A DNA stretch of 64,000 bases. Origin: an uncultured bacterium. Its GTDB lineage: Bacteria > Omnitrophota > Omnitrophia > Omnitrophales > Aquincolibacteriaceae. Positions 28,504-39,069 of the stretch are shown piece by piece. The notes under the pieces were generated by a model. The model worked only from the letters and a program-made list of their open reading frames with translations, was not told the DNA's origin and made no database searches. The stretch lies in contig CAYLPP010000003.1 of assembly GCA_964385615.1 (NCBI GenBank), positions 11,288 through 75,287 of the forward strand, in the 5' to 3' direction. A program made the position numbers and the translations under genes. Every line of letters begins with the position of its first letter. Position 1 is the stretch's first letter.

Positions 28504-29392
28504 TTTCACCCCGTTTCCCCGCTTCAATAACAATTCTATTTTTGCCCGTACGTTTCGCTTCAAGGAGATTCCGGTCCGCCATTTCGACAAGCATGGAAAC
28601 ATCGGAATCTTGCGTATCATCAAGTGAAAACAGTCCAAAACTCGCCGAGAAGGCGTTCAAAGTGCCTATCACATTTTTATAATACTGATTAATCGTTTCC
28701 TGAACTCGTTTAGCAACCAAGTTTGCATCATTTAATCGTGTCTCGGGGAAAATCACTAAAAATTCATCTCCGCCATATCTTCCCGTAATATCGATCTTCC
28801 GCGTACTCTTTTCCAGGATTCGGGCAAAGGTACGCAATACGCGGTCGCCTATGCAATGTCCATAATTGTCATTAATCTGCTTAAGATTATCGATATCTAC
28901 CATCATGACGCACAAATGCCGGCTATAGCGACGGGCACGCTCCAATTCCTTATCAAGCTCTGTAATGATATGCCGGCGGTTGTAAATACCGGTTAATTCA
29001 TCCGTGCGGGATTCCTCTTCTAAAATAGCATTCCATTCTTTTTGTTTGGTGATGTCCTGCCAAACTCCTATAAAATGGCTGATCTCACCACGGGGAGCTT
29101 TTATGGGCCCAATCGAGATGAGTTCCCAATAAAGGCGGCCGTCTTTTCGTTTATTACACAGTTCTCCGGTCCAGACCTTTCCGGCAAGAATTGTCATCCA
29201 TAATTCTTCATAAACGGAAACCGGTGTTTTCTTTGCGGATAATATCCGAGGACTCTTCCCGATCAATTCCTCTCGTTCATATCCGGAAAGTTCCAAAAAT
29301 CTCTGATTCACATACACAATGATCGCCTCCCGGTTTGTAATCAAAACCGGAACGGGTGCGAAATTCATTGCTTCGGCGAAAAGATTGTCCAT
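28484..29392 (-). CDS. PAS domain-containing diguanylate cyclase (GGDEF)
   Basis: PAS region followed by RYGGDEF. Confidence 0.85.
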   Translation of the reverse strand: MDNLFAEAMNFAPVPVLITNREAIIVYVNQRFLELSGYEREELIGKSPRILSAKKTPVSVYEELWMTILAGKVWTGELCNKRKDGRLYWELISIGPIKAPRGEISHFIGVWQDITKQKEWNAILEEESRTDELTGIYNRRHIITELDKELERARRYSRHLCVMMVDIDNLKQINDNYGHCIGDRVLRTFARILEKSTRKIDITGRYGGDEFLVIFPETRLNDANLVAKRVQETINQYYKNVIGTLNAFSASFGLFSLDDTQDSDVSMLVEMADRNLLEAKRTGKNRIVIEAGKRGENANPNA

Positions 29393-29436
29393 AACTTGTT
29401 AAGCCGCCTTACCAAAGCATACTTTCGTCCGATTTT

Positions 29437-29691
29437 TTAATCATCAATTGAAAGCGCGTTAAATTCCGGGTGATTGCGCTGGCAGATTTTGATGAGCTCC
29501 TCTGCAAGCCTTGCATGCATTCGTTCTTCGCCTACAAGGCTTCTCAAAAGAGGCACTGATTCATCCTCTCTGCCAAAATCTTCAAGCAATTCATCGACGA
29601 CTTCTTGATAGCTCCAGGCAGCCTGCTCCTCATTTCGTTTGATCTTTTCAAACCGGAGCATCCAGAGCGTCTTTAAGAATTCGTTTTTCAT
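29437..29691 (-). CDS. hypothetical small protein (possible ferritin-like ExxH)
   Basis: 84 aa, acidic, with an EERMHARLAEE block. Its start is coupled to the stop of the upstream ORF. Confidence 0.35.
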   Translation of the reverse strand: MKNEFLKTLWMLRFEKIKRNEEQAAWSYQEVVDELLEDFGREDESVPLLRSLVGEERMHARLAEELIKICQRNHPEFNALSIDD

Positions 29692-30014
29692 GGAATTTTT
29701 TTTCCTAAATTAGTGATAATCTGTTTCAGGATCTCTTTATGCCTTTTGCTATCCTCTGAGAGTTTTTTAAGGATTTGCAAGACTCGCTCTTTATCGTCGT
29801 TTTTAAAAAAAATGAGTTCTTCATGGTTCTGATAAAGAGTCGAGAACAGACTAATCCCGATATCCTCTTCTTCAATCTCATGCAAAAGTTTATTAATAAG
29901 TTCTTCTATTCTCTCTTTTCGCATGGATACTCCCAATGTCCCAATTCCTAACTGACCCAAAGAATCTTTATCCTGGAAGCCCAAACGCTTAATCATAAAT
30001 TCGCTGCCAAACAT
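29688..30014 (-). CDS. hypothetical small protein
   Basis: 108 aa, charged and alpha-helical. It overlaps the next gene by 4 bp. Confidence 0.35.
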   Translation of the reverse strand: MFGSEFMIKRLGFQDKDSLGQLGIGTLGVSMRKERIEELINKLLHEIEEEDIGISLFSTLYQNHEELIFFKNDDKERVLQILKKLSEDSKRHKEILKQIITNLGKKIP

Positions 30015-30032
30015 TACTAAACAGGTTTAAAA

Positions 30033-30461
30033 TCAAAAGGTTTTCTTTTTCGAATCCGACATCATTTGTTCAAGCGATGTCTTACTAAGCTCATTAATGA
30101 AATTTTGTTTCATTCTTTTCCAAACCGGATGAATGGGGCATGGGGACTTATCTTTACAGTGTGGAAGCCCCATCACACAACGATCATAAGCATGATCGCC
30201 ATCGATGATTCTTACGATCTGAAGAACCGTTATTACGCCCGGATCCGCTTTCAACCGATATCCTCCCCCGGGTCCTCTTACTGTTTTTAAAATGTCGCCG
30301 TGGACTAGGCGTTGGAATCCCTTGCGAGTAAAAGACTCAGGCACACCTGCCTCCCGGCAAGCGTCTTCCACGCGGAAGCCTTCTCCTTTTGCCGTTTCTA
30401 GACCACAAACTAATGCACGGAGGGTATATTCACAATTCTTAGAATAAAGAGAAAACATCAT
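30033..30461 (-). CDS. Rrf2 family transcriptional regulator (NsrR/IscR-like, three Cys)
   Basis: GPGGGYRL block plus C-x-C-x-C ligands (CVMGLPHCKDKSPC). It lies immediately downstream of nirK. Confidence 0.75.
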   Translation of the reverse strand: MMFSLYSKNCEYTLRALVCGLETAKGEGFRVEDACREAGVPESFTRKGFQRLVHGDILKTVRGPGGGYRLKADPGVITVLQIVRIIDGDHAYDRCVMGLPHCKDKSPCPIHPVWKRMKQNFINELSKTSLEQMMSDSKKKTF

Positions 30462-30473
30462 CAGCTCCTATTT

Positions 30474-30499
30474 AATACTGGACTTTATTGTCCACTATT
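30474..30499. promoter_or_regulatory. 10-6-10 imperfect palindrome upstream of the Rrf2 gene
   Basis: AATACTGGAC-TTTATT-GTCCACTATT (one mismatch), 13 bp upstream of the start codon. Confidence 0.4.
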
Positions 30500-30605
30500 A
30501 GGAGGGATGATGTCAAGGGCCTAAATTATGGCGAATAAGGATACGTGGAAAATCAAGGTCGCCGGCTATTTGAGGGCAGGTAAATTCGGGTGGGAATCCT
30601 GCACT

Positions 30606-31649
30606 TCAGGGGTGGACTAAACAGCCTTTACACGGCGTAGCATCACCTTTTGCGACATAAATATCATGGCGGGGTTCTCCATCGACTTGTAAATAGCCGA
30701 CAGCTCCTTTTTCGATTCGGAAAATTGCATGGTCTACCAAAGTGTAAGTTCCCGGCACTTCTAATTGAAATTCAACAGCTGTAGCGCCGCCTGACGGCAC
30801 GAGGGTGGTTTGAATGCTATGCGCGGGAGGATCAACAAGATCTCCTTCTCGATAAACACTATCAAAAATTTCGCCGATCACATGAAACGATGAAATAAGG
30901 TTCGGCCCTGCATTGCCAAAATAAATCCGGATGCGTTCACCGGTCTTGGCTTTAAGCGCTCCATCTCCAGTTAGCGAATTCATACGGCCGTTAAACACTA
31001 CGAACTTCGGATGCTCTTTAAGTCCTTCTTCATGGGAAAAATCCAAAACATCCTGCCCTTGCGCTGGTTCTTTTGCATAGATTTCGCTTTGCAGAACATA
31101 AAACTCACGATCCACTTTAGGAAGACCTTTTTCGGGCTCAACCAAAATTAATCCATACATTCCATTAGCAATGTGGTCCATGACAGGCGGCGCAGCACAG
31201 TGATAAATGAAAAGGCCGGGATGAAGCAATTTGAACCAAGCCATTCCTTCCATATCGGTAGTTGCGGTAGTCACAGGTGCGCCGCCGCCCGGACCTGTGA
31301 CTGCATGAAAATCCACATTATGCGGCATACCGCTCTTATCTCTATTGGTTAATTCCACCTGAAGCGTATCCCCTACTCTTGCGCGGATAAATGGACCTGG
31401 TACATGCCCATTAAAGGTCCAAAATTTATATTTGGTGCCGCCATTAATCGGTTTAATTTCTGAAGTCGCGTCTAAATGAACGCGAACAATAGCCGGCTTC
31501 TTTCGTGCAATTGGAGGAGGAACTTCCGGCGCAAAAGTAAGGATCGCATCTTCCCTAAGAGGTGCGTGGGAAGCTCTCGAATCTGAGGGCATAAAAATAA
31601 AATTGAACAAAACGATTGAAACAATGGCAACTGCTTTATTTTTTGTCAT
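30606..31649 (-). CDS. nirK: copper-containing nitrite reductase NirK
   Basis: HNVDFHAVTG and YHCAAPPVMDHIANGM type-1/type-2 Cu ligand blocks, with a signal peptide from M at 31649. Confidence 0.8.
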   Translation of the reverse strand: MTKNKAVAIVSIVLFNFIFMPSDSRASHAPLREDAILTFAPEVPPPIARKKPAIVRVHLDATSEIKPINGGTKYKFWTFNGHVPGPFIRARVGDTLQVELTNRDKSGMPHNVDFHAVTGPGGGAPVTTATTDMEGMAWFKLLHPGLFIYHCAAPPVMDHIANGMYGLILVEPEKGLPKVDREFYVLQSEIYAKEPAQGQDVLDFSHEEGLKEHPKFVVFNGRMNSLTGDGALKAKTGERIRIYFGNAGPNLISSFHVIGEIFDSVYREGDLVDPPAHSIQTTLVPSGGATAVEFQLEVPGTYTLVDHAIFRIEKGAVGYLQVDGEPRHDIYVAKGDATPCKGCLVHP

Positions 31650-31681
31650 TATATTTTTCTTGTGATTCCATATCAGCATTT

Positions 31682-33016
31682 TCAATTTTGCCGAGGGGAT
31701 TTACCGGATTTCAAATCCGCAACTCTTTTTTTGGCTTCCTCATGGCACCGCTCATACTCTTCCGCATCAATAGTTCTAAATAAGGGAGCCGAAACGTGGA
31801 AGAACCAGCAAGCGGCAGCGGCCAGCCAAAAGAGAGCTGAAACAGCTAAAAACGAAAAGTAAAAAGATGGGAAAAAAACTGAAACGACTCTGAGGACAAG
31901 CGTCGCACCCAGGGCAACCGCAATGGCGCTAAGCGGCCAGGCGTTTTTCTTTAAAGCAGACGACATTCCTCCATGGCTAAAGATCACCATAATCGAAACT
32001 GCAAAGGTCATGAGCGCATAGCCTCCGATAAAAATGACATGCAGCATGGCCGTACGGAAAGAAGGAAAAAACGCAAGCAGCCAATGGCCTAAAAAAACCA
32101 TCCAAAAAGAGGCCCAAAGCAACCGCACAAAAGGATCTTGAACAAGAGGTTTGGGATTGATCGTCCGCGTTGGAATATAAATCGCGCTTACAATAAATGC
32201 CCGCAAGAAGTAAGCTAATTTTGAAAAATCTAATCCTTCTAAAATAAAGCTAAAAAGCAATAGCCCGCCAAGAAACAAATAAGTGAAGACTTTTTTGACG
32301 CGAATGCGCTTCTGGTCCTTTTGATCTCCTACGATAAACTCCGGCTTATAAACACCCATGAGCCTGGGACCAAGGAACGCTCCTACTCCGAGCACGAGTG
32401 ACAAAAGAAACCCCTGGTCCATAAATAATTTTCCTATTTTCAAAAATACGGGCGTCGAAATTACTTTGTGAGTCTCGCGCAAAACCATAAGGGTTCCCGC
32501 AATACCCTGCGCGAGAGCAATCGGAATCCAAATAAACTCAACTGGCGGTTGAACAGAATGGTCTTTTCTCTTAAATCTTTTGAAAGCAAAAATTGCGAGA
32601 GAAATCATCCAGCCCAAAAAACACAATCTCCCCAGCGTCCAATGATTCGAGAGATAAAAAATAGGAATTAAGCCTATCCAGACCAAAAAAATTAAAAGCT
32701 CCACAGCAGATGCTGGAGGAGCTGAAGCAAAGCGAGGCATTGCAGTCAAAAGAAAACCGAGGACAAAAGAACCCATATAGACTTGAATCTGGATCGAGGC
32801 ATGGAAAAGAGCGGAATAATGCGGAATCCACCCCATTGCATAAAAAAACCAGTGGCTAATCCCGAGGACTCCGCCAAGAACCGCGAGAGGAAAAAAAATC
32901 CGGTAAGGTTCTTCTGCGATCCGTTTAAGAATACCGAAACTTTTATTTTGCAATTTTTTTAAAACCGCCTTGGACAAGATAATGGAGCATGCCTGCAAAA
33001 GTAACCGTCCATACAA
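31682..33016 (-). CDS. nnrS: NnrS family heme-copper membrane protein
   Basis: EEPYRIFFPLAVL...HWFFYA N-terminal signature and 12 TM helices. It is a paralog of 53016-54326. Confidence 0.65.
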   Translation of the reverse strand: MYGRLLLQACSIILSKAVLKKLQNKSFGILKRIAEEPYRIFFPLAVLGGVLGISHWFFYAMGWIPHYSALFHASIQIQVYMGSFVLGFLLTAMPRFASAPPASAVELLIFLVWIGLIPIFYLSNHWTLGRLCFLGWMISLAIFAFKRFKRKDHSVQPPVEFIWIPIALAQGIAGTLMVLRETHKVISTPVFLKIGKLFMDQGFLLSLVLGVGAFLGPRLMGVYKPEFIVGDQKDQKRIRVKKVFTYLFLGGLLLFSFILEGLDFSKLAYFLRAFIVSAIYIPTRTINPKPLVQDPFVRLLWASFWMVFLGHWLLAFFPSFRTAMLHVIFIGGYALMTFAVSIMVIFSHGGMSSALKKNAWPLSAIAVALGATLVLRVVSVFFPSFYFSFLAVSALFWLAAAACWFFHVSAPLFRTIDAEEYERCHEEAKKRVADLKSGKSPRQN

Positions 33017-33983
33017 AAATCGGAAGATAAACGAAATAACGCGGAATGAACATGAGGAAATCGAGCTGGAAAACTTCGGCGAGCTTGTAGGTGCAGGTCA
33101 CATACATTCCGAGCGGAAAAACAATGCCCCAATATTGCGGATCATAAGTAAGCGGTTCTTTTTTATAGCCATGCCGCCAGAAACCTAAAATGAAAAGCGT
33201 AGGAATCCACCAAGTGCATGCGGACCAGAAAAAAAGCGTAAATCCTTTTAAGAAAGGTTCAAGCTGTTGCAGAAAATTCCAGTGGCCGGAATTTTCTACC
33301 AGCCTTACTCCGGCAAGCGTGGTAATTGCAACGGCTCCCATGTTGATCCAATAAGGCGGCGTTAGTGCTTTTGCTTCCACATTCACAAACATAAGGCGGT
33401 AAAAAATAATTGAAATAATAAGCAGATAAAGCATGCTTCCTAACAAGTACAGGCATAGACACAGAAAAAGGACAGGAGCAGCGCTCACCGAAAGAACCGT
33501 TTTTGTAAGCAAAGCTCCAAGAACGGAAAGAGATTGAGTGGCTACAATCGCCAAAAGCCAGGCTCCATTAATTCCCGTTTCAAGAGTGGGTTTGGGCGAA
33601 CGCACTGTGGCAGCCGTAAAAAAGACATACATTACAATAAACCAAAGCGCGAGGCTTATTTGCCATAACACTAAAGCAACTTTGGCGGCAGAAGCCAAGA
33701 GCAAAAATTGAACGCCAAGAATACAGGAGCCGGCAACAAGTGTAAAAAATCCCGGACCTCGGGCATGATCCGTTAAATCGCGGAAGAGACGTTGAGGGAA
33801 AAGGGTCAGCCTCAAAATCGTTAAAACAGCGAGAATGAGATAATTGACCACATTAATTTTAAAAAGTAGATAGGCAATAAAATTAATTTTTAACAGAAAA
33901 GTGGCTATGGAAACAATGCCAGTAGCCATCACTAAAGCAAAATAACCGGGGAAAAGATTTTCAATAAATTTGGGCTTAGTCAA
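32943..33983 (-). CDS. TDT (TehA/SLAC1/Mae1) family anion transporter
   Basis: Ten-TM protein of about 346 aa consistent with the TDT family (recalled). Confidence 0.45.
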   Translation of the reverse strand: MTKPKFIENLFPGYFALVMATGIVSIATFLLKINFIAYLLFKINVVNYLILAVLTILRLTLFPQRLFRDLTDHARGPGFFTLVAGSCILGVQFLLLASAAKVALVLWQISLALWFIVMYVFFTAATVRSPKPTLETGINGAWLLAIVATQSLSVLGALLTKTVLSVSAAPVLFLCLCLYLLGSMLYLLIISIIFYRLMFVNVEAKALTPPYWINMGAVAITTLAGVRLVENSGHWNFLQQLEPFLKGFTLFFWSACTWWIPTLFILGFWRHGYKKEPLTYDPQYWGIVFPLGMYVTCTYKLAEVFQLDFLMFIPRYFVYLPIFVWTVTFAGMLHYLVQGGFKKIAK

Positions 33984-33990
33984 AGGGATT

Positions 33991-34239
33991 TTACCTCGAG
34001 TCTTTCTCGCTTGAAGTTACATTTAATGCCGTCGTGAAAGCCATAAAACCACAGCATAGAAGTGCAATACCGCTTAAGATTATTGCGCCTATCAGGTGGG
34101 ATGTTTTCCCTTCCAGATAGGATTCCATCGCTGAAAATAAAATCCATATTTGAGTGAAAATGGCCCCCAAACTCAGAATGAGACAGACATTTTCAATCAT
34201 CTGAGCGTTTTCGTTGTACCTATCTCTAAATTTCATCAA
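33991..34239 (-). CDS. small membrane protein, hypothetical
   Basis: 82 aa with two TM helices, in an operon with the Rieske gene. Confidence 0.35.
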   Translation of the reverse strand: MMKFRDRYNENAQMIENVCLILSLGAIFTQIWILFSAMESYLEGKTSHLIGAIILSGIALLCCGFMAFTTALNVTSSEKDSR

Positions 34240-34781
34240 TCCCCAATTTGTCCTTCGATTCCAGCAAAGAAAACACCTTCCTTTCGGACATCAAGTTTGA
34301 TGCGAGGAAGCGGCCGTTCAGGAGGCCCATAAAGCACATCGCCTGTTTTCACATTAAAAGCACCGTGGTGGCAAGGGCATACGAGTTTCGATTCGCTTTT
34401 TTTCCAAATCACCGGGCATTGCAAATGAGTGCATTTTTGAGAATATGCCACGTATTCATTTTCAGAAAGACGCACCAAGATCACTGGCCCTTTGTCTTCG
34501 GGCAGACTAAAAACGTACGAGCCGCCGACTTCAATATCTTCCGAGCCTAAAATACGGAATTCTTTGATCGGATGGATGCGATGCCACAAACTTTTTATGA
34601 AAACTCCAATCGTCCCGGTGAAAAGGCCTAACGAGACAAGGAAGAGAAAACGGATAAAATCTCTTCGTGCGATATGCGTATCCTGAGCGACATCAACTGG
34701 AAAATCATCTGCCCACTTCGGATGATTTTTTTGCTTTATATCGTTTGATGCATTTTTTTCATCGCCCATTAAATCACCCAT
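34236..34781 (-). CDS. Rieske [2Fe-2S] protein, membrane-anchored
   Basis: CTHLQCPV...CPCHHGAF (CxH...CxxH) plus an RRDFIRFL Tat-like/TM anchor. Confidence 0.8.
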   Translation of the reverse strand: MGDLMGDEKNASNDIKQKNHPKWADDFPVDVAQDTHIARRDFIRFLFLVSLGLFTGTIGVFIKSLWHRIHPIKEFRILGSEDIEVGGSYVFSLPEDKGPVILVRLSENEYVAYSQKCTHLQCPVIWKKSESKLVCPCHHGAFNVKTGDVLYGPPERPLPRIKLDVRKEGVFFAGIEGQIGD

Positions 34782-35392
34782 GGATCAGATTCTCCCAAAT
34801 CGTTGTGACTTATAAAGTCCAAAACATCGAGAGAAATTTCCGAATCTTCTTCTGCGGTCATGATGTAAACCTTGGTTGTGATCTTTTGGCGGCCAAACCA
34901 GAATTGATTCGTCGGTTTATTTTTGCGCGTCTTTTCAATTTCGGAACGCGGCCCGAAATAAAGCGCCTGCGAAGGACATACGGTTGCGCACATGGGCTTT
35001 TGTCCGATTGATGTGCGGTCATAACACATGTCGCATTTCAACATTTGCGCGGATTCCTCATATATATGAGGAACTCCAAAAGGACAAGCGACCTGGCAAT
35101 TGGAGCAGCCAATACAGCGAGGATTTAAAGAGGACTGTACGACACCGTCTTCCGTACGTTTGATTGCATCAGCGGGACATACAGCCGCACAAGACGGAAG
35201 ATCGCAATGCATGCAAATAGTAGGCGCTGTCTTTACGGATTGCGACCGGTCAAAGGTATCCAAATGAATCATCGGAACTCCGCGATGAGTCGCGCATTCC
35301 GCACAAGCCGCCATGCAGGCTTTACAACCGATACAGCGCTGTGGATCTACAAAAAAATCCATTTCTTCGTGGAGCGGATCACGAATGGGCAT
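34769..35392 (-). CDS. 4x[4Fe-4S] ferredoxin subunit (DmsB/NrfC/HybA-like)
   Basis: Four CxxCxxCxxxCP-type motifs. Confidence 0.8.
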   Translation of the reverse strand: MPIRDPLHEEMDFFVDPQRCIGCKACMAACAECATHRGVPMIHLDTFDRSQSVKTAPTICMHCDLPSCAAVCPADAIKRTEDGVVQSSLNPRCIGCSNCQVACPFGVPHIYEESAQMLKCDMCYDRTSIGQKPMCATVCPSQALYFGPRSEIEKTRKNKPTNQFWFGRQKITTKVYIMTAEEDSEISLDVLDFISHNDLGESDPWVI

Positions 35393-37565
35393 TTTCTACC
35401 TTCTCGATTTTTACAGCACTAAATTTAAATTCGGGAATCTTTGAAAGCGGGTCTAGCGCCCTTTGAGTCAACCGGTTGGCTGATTTCTCGCCCGGCCAAT
35501 GATAAGGAATGAAAATAGTATCAGGCCGGATGGTCTTAACGACTTTTGCTTTTAGCGTGATGCTTCCTCTTCGTGAAGTGATCTTCACAAGCTCGCTTTC
35601 CCGAATCTTATATTTTTGAGCAAGCTGCGGATGCAATTCGACATAGGGTTCCGGACATTGCTCTGTCAGAAAGCCAATACGACGGGTCTGTGTTCCAGAT
35701 AAATACTGGAAAATCACACGGCCGGTTGTGAGGCATATCGGGTATTCTTCATTGATCTCATCTGCGGAAGGCCGGTATTCCACAGGATTGAAACGGGCCT
35801 TCCCATCGGGATGAGCAAACTTGCCGTTTTCAAATAACCGCGGTGTCCCAGGATGATCGAGTGTGGGACAGGGCCAAAAAATCCCCATATTCTTTTCAAT
35901 TTTTTCATAAGTAATTCCATAATAATTAACGGGACTGCCATTTGAAGCAACGCGCAGTTCATTGAAAATGTCTTCCGCGCATGAATAATTGAAATATTTC
36001 TTTTTATCAAGTCTCTCCGCTAAATCTAAAAAAATATGCCAATCGATTTTCGCTTCTCCCGGCGCTTTAACCGCCTGACGGATTCTGACGACTCTTCCCT
36101 CCGCAGTGGTGGCCGTACCTTCGTCTTCTTCGTGCAAAGAACCGGGAAGAATAATGTCTGCGTATTGAGCGGTTTCACTCATGAAGAAATCAATAGCGAC
36201 ATAAAATTCAAGCTTCTTAAGCGCTTCTTCGGTAAATTGAGTATCGGGAAGGCTTACAAGCGGATTGAAGCATATCGAAAGTAATCCTTTAATTTCTCCG
36301 GCATGAATGGCATTCATGATTTCCTGCGCGGACAAGCCCTTGCCTGGCAGGTCTTTTTCATCAATGCCCCAAATATCCGCGATATATTTTCGGTGTTCAG
36401 GATTGGTAATATCGCGATTTCCCGGAAGCTGATCGCATTTATGGCCGTGTTCTCGTCCGCCTTGGCCGTTGCCTTGTCCTGTAATCGTTCCATAACCACA
36501 GCCCGGCTTTCCGATCCGCCCACTTGCAAGCACAAGATTAATACAGGATAGAACGTTATCCACGCCCTTCGTGTGATGCTCAATGCCACGGGCATGAAGC
36601 AACATGCTACGCTTTGCTTCTCCCCACCATTCTGCTGCAATCCGAATATTTTTTGCTGGCACTCCCGTTATCTTCTCGCATTTTTCAGGCGTATAAGAGG
36701 AAACAGCTTTTTTTACTTCTTCAAAACCTACGGTGTGATTACGAATAAATTCCTCATCCACTTTTCCATTCTGGATCATCAGATTGAGCATCGTATTAAA
36801 GAGATGCGCATCCGTTCCAGGACGGACAGGAAGAATTAAATCAGCAGTGCGGGCAATCGGGGTAATGCGAGGATCTACAATAATGAGTTTTGCGCCTCGG
36901 TCCCGCGCGCGCCATATGTAATCTGTCGTGATCGGAGAGCATTCCGAAACGTTCGTTCCTGCGCATAAAATCAAATCCGTTTCCAGAATATCTGCCCAGG
37001 AATTTGCGGCGCGGTCAACGCCAAATGCCTTTTTATTGCCGGTGCCGGCAGAAACCATGCAAAGCCGGCCGTTATAATCGAGATTCTTGGTTTGCAATGC
37101 GACTCGCGCCCACTTACCGATTAAGTAAGACTTTTCATTCGTAAGCGAAACACCCGATAAAACTGCGAAACTGTCTTTGCCATATTGCTGTTGGATTTTT
37201 TTAATTGCGGTAATGACCCGATCATAAGCGTTATCCCAGCTTATGCGCTCATAGCCAATGCCCGGCTTATTTTCTAAAGGATAAAGCAGACGATCCGGAT
37301 GATTGCCCTGCATGTAACGCTTCACGCCTTTAGGGCATAACTTCCCTTCATTAAATGGGAAATCTTCCCAGGGATCAAAGCCAATGACCTGATTGTTTTT
37401 TACTTTGAGTTCAATCCCGCATCCCTGTCCACAAAAGCAACAATGAGTTTTAACACGAGCATCCGGCTCTTCTCCCGCGCTATCCCAGCCTCCAGGCGGC
37501 TCAAAATTGAGATGCGGACCGAACTGCTCAAAAATCTTTTCTTTTGAGATAGGTAAATTAGCCAT
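35379..37565 (-). CDS. molybdopterin oxidoreductase catalytic subunit, Nas/Nap/NarB-type (nitrate reductase-like), cytoplasmic
   Basis: N-terminal [10 protein letters not shown]...KLCPKG [4Fe-4S] site. The [10 protein letters not shown] block has the CM.SA-type Mo-ligand Cys context of Nap/Nas enzymes. No Tat signal. 728 aa. Confidence 0.7.
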   Translation of the reverse strand: MANLPISKEKIFEQFGPHLNFEPPGGWDSAGEEPDARVKTHCCFCGQGCGIELKVKNNQVIGFDPWEDFPFNEGKLCPKGVKRYMQGNHPDRLLYPLENKPGIGYERISWDNAYDRVITAIKKIQQQYGKDSFAVLSGVSLTNEKSYLIGKWARVALQTKNLDYNGRLCMVSAGTGNKKAFGVDRAANSWADILETDLILCAGTNVSECSPITTDYIWRARDRGAKLIIVDPRITPIARTADLILPVRPGTDAHLFNTMLNLMIQNGKVDEEFIRNHTVGFEEVKKAVSSYTPEKCEKITGVPAKNIRIAAEWWGEAKRSMLLHARGIEHHTKGVDNVLSCINLVLASGRIGKPGCGYGTITGQGNGQGGREHGHKCDQLPGNRDITNPEHRKYIADIWGIDEKDLPGKGLSAQEIMNAIHAGEIKGLLSICFNPLVSLPDTQFTEEALKKLEFYVAIDFFMSETAQYADIILPGSLHEEDEGTATTAEGRVVRIRQAVKAPGEAKIDWHIFLDLAERLDKKKYFNYSCAEDIFNELRVASNGSPVNYYGITYEKIEKNMGIFWPCPTLDHPGTPRLFENGKFAHPDGKARFNPVEYRPSADEINEEYPICLTTGRVIFQYLSGTQTRRIGFLTEQCPEPYVELHPQLAQKYKIRESELVKITSRRGSITLKAKVVKTIRPDTIFIPYHWPGEKSANRLTQRALDPLSKIPEFKFSAVKIEKVENAHS

Positions 37566-38646
37566 GATGCGTTTCCTGTTTCATGTGTTCACGGTCAAAC
37601 TGTCCAGCAAGATCTCGGTGCTGAATCCACATTAAAAGCCGTCTCCGGCACAAAGGACATAAATCCTGCACACTTGGAGATTCCTTCGATTGATACTGAA
37701 AACCGATTTCCGCAAGCGACTCTTTAACATCCTTCGCTTGAATCGTGCTAGTAAAAGGTGCAGAGCATTTGGCGCAGGCAACCGTTTCACCCAATTTCTT
37801 TTGCTGAATATAAACCGACGCACCAAGCTGAGAGCCTCTTTGAAAAATATGAAAAAATTTTCCAAAGGGTAAATAAACTAAGAAAATAACAACCGTAAAA
37901 CAGTGAACCGTAGACAGAACCCGGTAATGCTGGCCTCCGAGAAATCGATTGCTAAAGGTGAGAAACAATCCCGTAATGGCTACCGCGAAGAGAATAAGAA
38001 GCGGAAGCATATCATGAATAAAGTTTTGATTCGCGACATTATCCGGATGCGTGATACGCCGTGTAAAGGCCATCACAGTTCCAAGAATAACCAGAACTGA
38101 AGATAAGTTGAGGGCGTTGAAGAAGAAAAAGCCAATCAGATCGTCAGGATGAAATTGAATCTGTGGGAAGCCAAATGCATAAACTTGGTAAAGTTCTGGA
38201 TGATGGGGAACCGTTTCAAAATGAAGCCAGCCGAAAACAAGAGGAAATGTCACAGCAAATGCCAGCATCGTTCCCCATGCCAGAGTGAAATGCATCAGCC
38301 AGCGGTAGAAACCTCGGTTTTGAATAAAACGCTGTAAAATGACTTGTTGGAAGAACGTTTTGAAGACCGCGGCAAGCTGTTCCAACACATGCGGTGCAAA
38401 TAAAAGCGTAGCGCTTCGCTTCCATAATCTGCGCGTGGGAGGCCGGTCTAACCAAACTGTGTAGCGATAAACAACTCCCATGAGAGCAAATAGCGTCGCG
38501 AATAAATAAGGAACGAGCGCCGCGTCAAAATAAAGCAACCTTCGAGATCCAACAAGAACCAAGACGCTTAGAAGTCCGCTCGCTAAAATTCCGTTGAGAA
38601 GTCCCCTCTTATGAAGTTTTACGCTCTGTAATCTCATGCTTCCCAA
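37558..38646 (-). CDS. NarI/DsrM/HdrE-like di-heme cytochrome b membrane subunit with a C-terminal Cys-rich tail
   Basis: Five or more TM helices, a [13 protein letters not shown] block resembling the NarI-family PFSKL.H motif, and C-terminal CAKC...CPLC. Confidence 0.5.
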   Translation of the reverse strand: MGSMRLQSVKLHKRGLLNGILASGLLSVLVLVGSRRLLYFDAALVPYLFATLFALMGVVYRYTVWLDRPPTRRLWKRSATLLFAPHVLEQLAAVFKTFFQQVILQRFIQNRGFYRWLMHFTLAWGTMLAFAVTFPLVFGWLHFETVPHHPELYQVYAFGFPQIQFHPDDLIGFFFFNALNLSSVLVILGTVMAFTRRITHPDNVANQNFIHDMLPLLILFAVAITGLFLTFSNRFLGGQHYRVLSTVHCFTVVIFLVYLPFGKFFHIFQRGSQLGASVYIQQKKLGETVACAKCSAPFTSTIQAKDVKESLAEIGFQYQSKESPSVQDLCPLCRRRLLMWIQHRDLAGQFDREHMKQETHHG

Positions 38647-38652
38647 TATGCT

Positions 38653-39069
38653 TTAGGCCGCGGCAATATTCAAGCTTTTTTGATGCCGAACATGATGAGA
38701 ATGCGGCGGTAGTTTTTCTTTTAAATCGTCGGTGATTTGACTTTCTATAGCCTGAGCTTCGAAATCCTCGAAGTCTTCATGGAATTTCTTTTTTACACCC
38801 ATCTTCGTTAATTCATAATGGAATGTGGGAGCAAGCCCTTGTTGCTGCAAACACGCCTTAACGCAGGCAAGCGGACAGCCATCAATCCCAATAATGACTT
38901 CAGCGTTTTTTGCTTTTTGCACGAGCGGGGATACGCTGCCTCCCACTCCCGCGATACAGGACATTTCAGCAATTCCTCTGCGGTCCAGTCCAATAGCAAT
39001 GCGATTCGCCATTTGCGCCGCAGAAGAACATCCCGAACAAGAATAGACAAGAACTTTGCTATTTTTCAT
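38653..39069 (-). CDS. DGC domain metal-binding protein
   Basis: CSGCSS and IGIDGCPLAC blocks typical of the DGC domain. The start ATG overlaps the upstream stop as ATGA. Confidence 0.55.
   Translation of the reverse strand: MKNSKVLVYSCSGCSSAAQMANRIAIGLDRRGIAEMSCIAGVGGSVSPLVQKAKNAEVIIGIDGCPLACVKACLQQQGLAPTFHYELTKMGVKKKFHEDFEDFEAQAIESQITDDLKEKLPPHSHHVRHQKSLNIAAA

Noticed and set aside
35379-37565. Arsenite oxidase AioA paired with the Rieske AioB
   Set aside because: The N-terminal cluster has the fourth Cys (KLCPKG), giving a 4Fe-4S site rather than the 3Fe-4S with Ser. There is no Tat signal on either subunit, and the CM.SA Mo-ligand context fits the Nas/Nap lineage.
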